In this document: piece by piece, positions 54,921 through 64,000 of the stretch | Layout: each line of letters starts with the position of its first letter | Position numbering within the stretch: position 1 is the stretch's first letter | Assembly: GCA_037447605.1 (NCBI GenBank) | Contig: CM074810.1 | Span: forward strand, 3,568,880-3,632,879 | DNA from: Zygnema circumcarinatum SAG 698-1b | Taxonomy: Eukaryota > Plantae > Zygnematophyceae | Direction of reading: 5' to 3' | Length of the DNA stretch: 64,000 nt | The notes under the pieces: generated by a model | What the model was told of the DNA's origin: nothing | The model's database searches: none | Seen by the model: only the letters and a program-made list of their open reading frames with translations | Made by a program: the position numbers and the translations under genes

Positions 54921-56564
54921 ACAACATGCCGCATGTATTATTCACGAGTAAGCTGCTGTCCTTGATAGAGTCGATATTTTGATCATGAATGTCTGCTCGT
55001 TTATGCGAACCAAAAAAAAGAAAAACAAAGTTTAGTAATACTGTCTCATCTTCTGTTGTTCTGTTTTTGGTTACTTTAAGGATGTTTATGAACAATCAAA
55101 ATTCTTCTAGCAGGACTTAGATTACTTGTGGAGGTCCCTTCGAATGCATTCCCTCAAGTTCCAGCCCTCATTTTTAGGCTTTTGCTGTTGTCAAGTTTCC
55201 TGCAGACTCGCGACGCTCGACCTCTTCCTTGCAGTATGTGCCTTCCGCGCATCTTCAGAACATACTTTCATATCGGCAGCTAATCTCATGGTGGCTCTCT
55301 TGTATTGATGTCCCTGGGGTGTCTATGAGAGACGATCTCACTGTACTTGCCTCCTTTGTATTTCAATGCATTTTTTTGACTACTGCCAGCTGTGCCTCGC
55401 TCAGCACCAGCGCCTGCGCAACACGTGCTCGACCTAGCGGCTGCCCAATCAGCGGACTGCTTCCGTGCCACGTCACCATCGCCTGAAGGCTCACGGTACC
55501 ATGGATGGGAGAGGAACGAGAGGAGAGAGGATGGAGCGGGGGAGAGAGAGAGAGAGATAAGAAAGGGAGAGAGAGAGAGAGAGATCAGGGGGCACAGACA
55601 CCTACATTTGCACCGCGTCAAGATTGTCAACTCGAATCATGAGCAAGACATGAACGGGAAACTACTGAATCAGTCCCAATTTTGTACACAAATGATAAAA
55701 TTCCATTCAGCACTACTTCAAGTCCTTTAGTAAGAAACCGCATTCCAAACAATAAGAGTGACAGACTTAGCAATTTCCTGTAGGATTCGAAATCACTACG
55801 TACTTTCGTCAAAATTTGTAACAGAAAAAAACTGCTGCCACAAATCTATGGGGATTGTTTTTCTGACACCTTCTATCCTTTTCCTCACTAGTCCAAACGA
55901 CAGTCAGCATATCACCACCTTCTCCATTCCATGTTCTCATCCATTTCAGAGCCAACCTTCAGCAATTGATTTTCATATACATACCAAGGTTGCAGCAAAG
56001 TTTTTATGAGGTCAAAGTAGGAATATGTATATGTATGCATGCAGGCAGCATACAGAGAGGAGACAGCGAGGAGGCAGCGCGGCAAGCCTCCTCCCTCTCC
56101 CTCTCCCTCTCCCTCTCCCTCTCCCTCTCCGATTGGCCAAAAGTGTGCCAATTCTGCAAAATTCAGTACTTTTATAAAAAACAGAAAGAAATTGTCTCCA
56201 CGACTTCACGTGAGTTCAGTTCTCATTTTGAACACAACGAAGTCATTGCTAAGTTGTAAGCTATTTACTGTCTGCCGTGAAATTAAATATACAAAGAAGG
56301 AACGCGGAAACACACACTCTGCCTTCCCCCAAACCTCCTCCACTGATCTCAAAGAGCTCAGTTGGATTAGATTTAGGGTTCCTGGTCCTCCCAGCCTTCT
56401 ACGGATCAGACTCGCTACATGTAAGATAATAAAGAAAATACATTGTACAACGATATGTCGATCAAACGCAGCGTATTACACACCTCTCTCTCTCTGTCCC
56501 TCTTTTTCTCGCCCATGCTCTCACCCCCCTCTCTCTTTCTCCCCGCCCTATCTCCCACCCTTAC

Positions 56565-57511
56565 GGGCGTCGGAGTTGAGAGGCCAAGAAATGGTTCATT
56601 TCGTGTGGCACAAAGCGACCCCCATTTTCCATTGTCATCTGAGCGCTCAAAAGCCTGCAAAAAGGGGAAACGAGGTGAGTATCAATCAGACAGAATTGTT
56701 GCGAGACATCAACTCAAGGGAGGCCACTGAGAGGAAAACAGAGAAAAGTATAAACCCTAAGAGAGCTTTCTCCTCCACTCTCTAAGAAATCCAGGACTTT
56801 CGAAACTCAGGAACCTGCCTTAGCAGCCCTAAGAATGTACATACCCTAAAGCTTACGCGCAAAAGATATGCGACGACCTTCTCGCCACCTCCCTTCCTCC
56901 CTCTCTCCCTCTAAAATTTTCTCTCCCTCTTTCTCTCTCTCTCTCTCTCTCTCTCGCTTTCTCCGCACATAAACAAACACACAAATAAAGCAAAAGAAAA
57001 AAAAACCAGCCCGAAATCCCATATCCAAACCCTGCAATATGAAGCCTCCGAAACCCTAATGCTCCTGCAAGACGTAACGTGGTCCCACATCGTACAACAT
57101 CATCTTCCAGAGATAACCTCATCATCATCCATGGCACGACAGGACATGACATCATCCGATACCGCACGACATGCCATGCCACATGCCACATGCCAAATGG
57201 CACATGACCCCATACGGCATAAATAACATAACAGGACATAATACAACATCCTCGACACCCCATTGCAGGGCTCACCAGAAGCCGTCCCAGTCAATGGCAG
57301 GGCGGCAGCAGCCCACAAGCTCCACCTCCGGCCGCGTCAGGCGGTCCCTCCAAACGCCCTCTCCCTCTCCCTCTCCCCCCTCTCCCTCTGCGGGAGCGTT
57401 TCTAGACATGCCCTCCGCAACGGCGGCAGGATGTACGGACGGAGCGTCAATGAAGGCGTCCTCCAGAAGCGGCTTGCGGAGGGAGGCTCGCCGCTCGTCG
57501 TCGGAGGCCAT
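56565..57511 (-). CDS. Hypothetical protein, first two exons only
   Basis: Exon 57276-57511 (MASDDERRASLRKPLL...) and exon 56565-56654 join in phase; downstream exons unresolved. Confidence 0.35.
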
Positions 57512-57848
57512 GAGGGAAGCGGGGAGGGAGAGAGAGAGAGAGAGAGAGACAGGCAGGGAGAGGCAGGCCCGGGGGAGATGGGAGCGAGAGAGAGAGGGAG
57601 AGGGAGAGAGAAAGTGAGGAATACAGTACCGTCACAGCAGTTGCAGTTAGAGGTCACTGCCACATCCCCCTTTTCTTGCAGAGGCAGCACACGACGTCGA
57701 CAGACACGTCCCTCCCTACTCTCTCGCTTTGGACGGCATCTGTACTGTCTCCGTACAATATCCATACCCTCCTATTGTCCACGTACAAACCGTCCTTTGC
57801 AATGTGTTTCTATCGGTCTCTGACGCATATCTCCACTAGGATAGCTGA

Positions 57849-57867
57849 CGTGGCAATTACTTATTGG
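57849..57867 (-). promoter_or_regulatory. CCAAT-N9-CCACG (exact ERSE-I) in a divergent promoter
   Basis: Minus strand CCAAT aagtaattg CCACG TCA, between the ATGs at 57511 (-) and 58505 (+). Confidence 0.5.
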
Positions 57868-58504
57868 CTCCTCGCAGTAACTTCACAGGCCTTCACGGAT
57901 ATTCGGCTGTCAGTGACCGTCCGATGCGCCACGTGGCGCACATCGACACAGTTCGTGGCTGCTTCTAGAGCCGTGTTGTTGTTGTTGTTGAGCCAAGTTC
58001 CATTCATGCTCATTTCATAAGCCCAAAGAGAGCGGTTGGGTTCTCGTGGTTTCCCATGTTGCTGTAAAAAAAGGGCACAGTACGGACCATACGGACAAGG
58101 GTTTTGGGCTGGCCTTGAACCCTGCGTGCTTGGGTGCAGGAAGGAGGCGCGAGAGAGAGGGCGCAGGGGTAAACCCTAATTCCGCGGTTCTGTGAATTAG
58201 GGTTTGACCGGCGGGCCGTACACCCGCTATGCGACAATAAGAGAGGGAGAGTGGGAGGGAGGAGAGGGAAGGGGAGAGGGGGAGTGAGAGGGAGAGAGAG
58301 AGAGTGTGCGAGAGAGAAAGAGAGGAAGATGGAGCAAGAATGAGAAAGGGTGAAAACAGAAGGATATAGAGAGAGGAGAGAGAGTGGAGGAGAAGAAGTA
58401 GACAGAGGGAAAGGCCGAGAGAGAGAGAGGAAGGGAGAGAGAGAGAGAGAGAAGGAGGGAGAGACTAATAATGGCAGGCTGCCTCTCTAGCTGAGCCGCC
58501 CCCA

Positions 58505-60607
58505 ATGGCCTCACTCCGCCGCCTCTCCTCCCTCGCCCGCCCGCTGGTACCTCGATTGCCTCTCACGTGCTGCCACCTGGCATCGTCATGTCATGACACG
58601 TGGCACCCCCTCTCCTTCCCTCTCCCATTCCTCTCCCGCACCTTCTCCTCCTCCTCGCCCCCTGAAGCAGGCGAGGGTTCAGGGCCCCATAACCCCAATG
58701 GCAGGGTTTCTCCCACTTCCGAGTTCCAGGGTTCAGGGCCTCCCGAAGCCATTCCCGCCGACTTCTTCTCCTCTCCCTCTTCCTCCCTCTCCGACGAGGA
58801 GCTCCACTCCCTCATATTGAACCGTGACGTCACCCACCTCCCGGGCCTCCCTCCCTTGGCGGAGCTGCGCTCCTTCGACCGCGAGGCGGAGGAGAGGAGA
58901 GAGAGGAGAGAGAGGGAGAGGAGGATGCAGGAGGAGCAGCGGGAGACGCGGGTGCAGAAGCTGGACGACTTCGGGAGGGCGTACGCCACAGGGAGGAGGA
59001 AGAGCTCCGTGGCTCGAGTGTGGATAAAGGAGGGGGAGGGACACGTGGCAGTTAACCGGAGGCCGCACGACGTGTACTTTCCGGAGGTGGAGTGGAGGGC
59101 GCAGCTGCTGCAGCCCTTCGCTGTGACGGAGACGGTTGGGGAGTTCGATGTGGAGGCAACGGTGGTGGGGGGAGGGAGATCAGGTGAGAGGGTGGGGGGA
59201 GGGGGTGGGGAGGGGGTGGGGAGAGAGGGGGAGAGAGTGGGGGGGGGGAGAGCAGGCGAGAGGGGGAGAGGGAGAGCAGGTGAGATGGGGAGAGGGTGGG
59301 GGTGGTGAGAGACGGGGAGAGGGGAGGAAGGGGGATGAGTGGAGGAAGGAGGGAGTATGAGGGGGAAGGGAGAACGAATGGAGATAGAGAGGTGGGGGGA
59401 GGGAAGGAGGGAGGGAGGGAATGGGGAGGGAGAGGAGGGTGCTTGAGGGATGCCAATGTGAAGGATGGAGGAAGAGGGAGGAGGGAGCAACCGAGGGAGA
59501 AGGGGGGCGAGGGAGGCAAGGAAGGGGGGGAGGTGAGGGGGAGCGAGCGGAAGAAGAAAGGGGACACGAAGGGGAGGTGGGTGAGGGTAAGGAGAGCAAA
59601 CGCGTTAGGGAATGGAGAGAAGGGGAAGGGGGGAAGAGCTCGTGGAAGATGGGAAGAGAGAGGGACAGCAAGTGAGAGGGGGTGGGAGAGAAGCAGGTGA
59701 GAAGGGAGAAGCAGTAGTAGGTGTAGAGAGATGGAGGAGTAGGGAGAGGATGCGAGGGATTAGAGAATGCTGAATCCTGAGACTGTTGTGAGGGAGGTCC
59801 ATCCTTATCCCTCCCCTTCGCCACGCCTCCCCTCCTAAGCAGTCTTTCCTTTGTTACCGAGCCAATAGGTTCTTTGTGTCATCATTCTGATTGGATGAGG
59901 GTTGAGGGTTTTTCCCCGTTCGAGCCCTCATGTGAGCCGCTGGGTGAGATGGTTCAGGGCAGGCGGGCGCCCTCAGACTAGGGATCAGCAGGGCGCTGCA
60001 GCTCTACAACCCCGACTTGCGGCCTGTTCTCAAAGCAGGTTAAAACTCCAAAATCCTTTCAATTGTATTTCTCAAATTGGACTTTCAAGATGAGACTCTG
60101 CATTTCCTTGAATCTATAATGCCAAAAAGTTGCGAAATCGTGCATGTTTGTGATTTTTTTAAATTAGAAAATGAAGGATGTCAAACGTGACTTTGCATAA
60201 CCTGAAGTAAGTATTTTATGGAACTTCGAGGAGCACATCTGGATATGGACTCTTTGCAGTTTCTCGATTTTTCGCTCCATATCTCTCTTCACCCCCCAAT
60301 TATTCTTCTCTCTACATTCCCTCTGTTCCTCGCGGAGCAGGAAGGTCTCCTTCTCCTCTCCCCAACATCCTCCTTCTTCCTCTCCCGCTCCCTCTCCCTC
60401 TCCCTCTCCCTCTCCCTCTCCCTCTCCCTCTNNNNNNNNNNCCCTCTCCCTCTCCCTCTCCCTCTCCCTCTCCCTCTCCCTCTCCCTTACCATGTTGGCC
60501 CTTGTGCGGGTGCAGTGGGCTACTTGACACGCGATTCGCGAGTGGTGGAGCGGAAGAAGCCCGGAAAGGCCAAAGCTCGCAAGAGCTTCCAGTGGGTCAA
60601 GCGCTGA
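58505..60607 (+). CDS. RPS9: Mitochondrial ribosomal protein uS9m, 3 exons with presequence
   Basis: Exons 58505-59183, 59958-60038, 60516-60607; [61 protein letters not shown]. Confidence 0.95.
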
Positions 60608-61638
60608 GGGGGCGTAATCCGTTTGATCGTTCCTCCAAAACGCCATTCTTTTTTGTCCTGCTTCTTATTGTTAAGTCTCCGACTTTGGCCGTGAAAGCCC
60701 AAAAGCTCAAAGGCTGTTTTGGCTTTGCAGAATGTGGGAGGGGATTCATGCCTTCATGTGTGTTCCCTCTCTCATAAAATTGACGCCTCCCCTTCCTCCC
60801 GTCTGCCTCGCTCTCTCTGCTCCATTCCGTTTCTTTCTCCCCTTCCCTCCTCCCCCGTGCTTTTCCTACCACCCTTCCCCTCCCTTTCGCTTGTTCTATT
60901 CGTTCCTTTCCCACTTTCCTCCTTCCCTTCCCCCTGCCTTCCTCTCCCCGCTTTCTCCCTTCTCTCTACCCTCTTGCTCCGTCTCGCCATCCCCCTTCCT
61001 CCCCATCTCCTGACCTCCGAGAATAATTAAAAAAGTTTGCGGATACTTTGAATTCTTGTGAGTCCGAAAGGTAACACTTTTGAAAAAACTTTCATTCCCT
61101 AACCCACTGTAATTGAAATAGTTCCTGGCCGTTTTTGGAGGATAAAACAAACGAAGAGGTTTTGTTGCTTCCAGTTCTAGGAAGAGAGATAACGGAGTAT
61201 AGCCGTAGAAATCTGTATCTCTGACGACAACTCATGCGATTCGTTTGCGTGAAAGGTAAACTATCTTTCAATGTTTTTTGTTATCCCACTTGTTCTGTTT
61301 TTTTTTGTAATTTTAAAATTGAACCATGGCAGCTCTCAGAACATAATAGGATGGAATTCACCCTATAGTAAGCATACTTTCATAACTATGTTTGTTAGTC
61401 CATACTGAAATTGGTGACTACAATCAATACCATCTGTTAAACCCGCATGGAACCACCCCCCGGTCTCCCCTTTCCATCCAAACACCTTCGACCTCCTTCC
61501 CCTCTCTGCCCTAAACGTAAAAGAAAAACAAACAAAAACTGCACAAATTCAACGAGCTCTATCCGATATTAACTACTTATGCCTACGGCCCCTAAAACCC
61601 TAACAAAAACTGAAACCCTAAACCCTAAGCCCTAAATT

Positions 61639-63118
61639 TCATGCCCTCACTCGATTTTGAATAGCCACCTGCCTCGCCTTGAGCGCACTCCATCCCTGCA
61701 AGACTGCTGCCTGAAGGGCTTGCTGCTCCTCCGGGACCAATGGGGGCACCTGCTTCTCCACAACCTCATTGACCCCCTCCTCCTCCTCACTCTCATCACC
61801 CCTTACTGTTCCCGGAAAGGGAACACCATCGATCTTCTCCTTCATGCTCTTCTTCAACAACGCTATATGCTGCGCAGTTCTCCGTTGCTTTTCCTCCAGT
61901 TCCGTCTTCAGTTCTTCCTCCGTCACAACGCGCACGGAACCGTCCGTCAGGTCGTCCAGCCAATGTTGGGGCTCCGCTGTAACGGAATCGAGCACATGTG
62001 AAACGGAAGATTTGAGCACAAACTTGCAGAGCATGGAGGTGAGCTCTTCCCCAAACCCGCCGTCAGGGGGGATGTCGCTCGATCCAAATATAACCATCGC
62101 AAATATTTCTCCGTACCATGTCTTGGCCATGTAGCACAACTGCAGGATGGGGGGGGGGAGGGGGGGAGAGAGGAAAAGGAGGGAGAGCGTCAGGGGTGAG
62201 ATGGAAGAGAGTGAGTGGGGAGTGAGAAGGGAGGGAGGGTGTGGGGGGGAGAGTGGGGGGAGAGAGGGAGAGGGGGGAGAGCGTGAGGGAGTGAAATTGC
62301 AGAGAGAGGGAGGAGGGAGTGAGAAGAGAGAGAGTGGGGGGGGATAGGGGGGAGTGCGGATGAGAGGGAGGTGGGAGAGAGAGGGAAGCGAGAGAGGGAG
62401 GCGGACGATGGGGAAGGAGAGGATGGAAAAGGAAGGAGCAGAGGGAGACAGAGGAGAGAGTGAATATGTGGGAGAGAGTGATCAACAACAAAAAGTAGAA
62501 AACTTGGAGGATGGAGGCGATGGAGAAGAAAGAGAGACCACATGGGCGAGAGTGAAGTTGGGGGAGGGGAGAGAACGATGGGGCAGGGCGAGATAGGGAG
62601 TTAAACAGAGAAGAAGAAAAAGAGAAACGGAGAGAGCGAGAGAAAGAGAGAGAGGGAGAGCTGAAATCTGACCTGGAAACCTGCTCTACTCCTCAATATG
62701 TGCTGACAGACCAAATGAAGAGGCTTCCTCTCCAAAGCCTTCAAACCAGTGAGCAGTCTCCTCACTCCGATCTCCTCTTCATTCAAAATCACATTCCTCT
62801 CACTTGACTCATACTCATACTTCCCGGTGTGCTCCACCATGTATGGCAATCCCGCAATAATTCGAAAAAATTCAACCGGAGAAACTTCATAGGGGAGAAG
62901 GAGGTCCGTCAAAGGCATGCGATAGGGTTTGCAGCGAAGAACAACGGGATCGGGAATTACGGAAATTCGCTGTTTGCGGACTTTTTTCAATTGTGCCCCG
63001 TTTTCGTCGATTTCTTCAAACTCTTCGGAGGGGTTGAGAGTGGCAGTAGTGGGCTGCCCGTCGATGTAATATGAGAGTTGGACGCAGAAGGAGGAGATTT
63101 CAAAGCGGGAGGCAGTTA
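61639..63118 (-). CDS. TPLATE: TPLATE (TPLATE-complex adaptin-like subunit), last two exons
   Basis: Exons 62673-63118 and 61639-62139: PVVLRCKPYRMP, SPVEFFR, HILRSRAGFQLCYMAKTW, WLDDLTDGSV, ALQAAVLQGW match the plant TPLATE C-terminus; the 5' part lies beyond the gap or window end. Confidence 0.93.
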
Positions 63119-63198
63119 CTGTAATGGCGGTCTTTAGGGATTCCTGGGGAAGGGAGAGGATGGGAGAGGAGTGAGAGAGGCGAGGGGGNNNNNNNNNN

Positions 63199-64000
63199 CG
63201 TTTTTGGAGGATAAAACAAACGAAGAGGTTTTGTTGCTTCCAGTTCTAGGAAGAGAGATAACGGAGTATAGCCGTAGAAATCTGTATCTCTGACGACAAC
63301 TCATGCGATTCGTTTGCGTGAAAGGTAAACTATCTTTCAATGTTTTTTGTTATCCCACTTGTTCTGTTTTTTTTTGTAATTTTAAAATTGAACCATGGCA
63401 GCTCTCAGAACATAATAGGATGGAATTCACCCTATAGTAAGCATACTTTCATAACTATGTTTGTTAGTCCATACTGAAATTGGTGACTACAATCAATACC
63501 ATCTGTTAAACCCGCATGGAACCACCCCCCGGTCTCCCCTTTCCATCCAAACACCTTCGACCTCCTTCCCCTCTCTGCCCTAAACGTAAAAGAAAAACAA
63601 ACAAAAACTGCACAAATTCAACGAGCTCTATCCGATATTAACTACTTATGCCTACGGCCCCTAAAACCCTAACAAAAACTGAAACCCTAAACCCTAAGCC
63701 CTAAATTTCATGCCCTCACTCGATTTTGAATAGCCACCTGCCTCGCCTTGAGCGCACTCCATCCCTGCAAGACTGCTGCCTGAAGGGCTTGCTGCTCCTC
63801 CGGGACCAATGGGGGCACCTGCTTCTCCACAACCTCATTGACCCCCTCCTCCTCCTCACTCTCATCACCCCTTACTGTTCCCGGAAAGGGAACACCATCG
63901 ATCTTCTCCTTCATGCTCTTCTTCAACAACGCTATATGCTGCGCAGTTCTCCGTTGCTTTTCCTCCAGTTCCGTCTTCAGTTCTTCCTCCGTCACAACGC
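63199..64000. other. Duplicate of 61130-61931 after a 10-N gap (repeats the TPLATE 3' end)
   Basis: Constant offset of 2069; ORF 63708..63995 is identical to the end of 61639..62139. Confidence 0.92.

Noticed and set aside
57955-57990. About 30-bp similarity to the putative CRE 3' end near 51630-51660
   Set aside because: Too short and mismatched to separate from chance without a search.
61130-64000. Apparent second TPLATE copy
   Set aside because: Identical sequence restarts exactly at the 63189-63198 gap; assembly overlap rather than a paralogue.

Overview
Eukaryotic nuclear DNA from a streptophyte (inferred to be a green alga or non-vascular plant, because it has TPLATE, an NPG/TTC7-type TPR gene, a malectin-like receptor and plastid-targeted FabZ and TPI). 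Genes are intron-rich and many introns and spacers are filled with (GA)/(CT)/(CCCTCT) tracts, so most long ORFs in the six-frame track are microsatellite artefacts. Spliced by hand, confident genes are: SCA7-domain (ataxin-7/SGF73-like) (-), RNase H2 subunit A (+), plastid FabZ (+), NPG/TTC7-like TPR protein (+), plastid triosephosphate isomerase (-), a malectin-like single-pass receptor without kinase (-), mitochondrial uS9 (+) and the 3' end of TPLATE (-). Less certain are a Pro-rich protein and several hypothetical genes. Mobile DNA includes CRE-clade non-LTR retrotransposon fragments, a TA-flanked TIR MITE in two copies, and a 130-bp LTR plus Met primer-binding site that contains a tRNA-like Pol III promoter (the most unusual element). 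A CCAAT-N10-CACG (ERSE-type) composite motif occurs five times in intergenic DNA. Twelve 10-N gaps are present and three are flanked by near-identical duplications that are probably assembly artefacts. Exon structures are manual predictions without transcript support.
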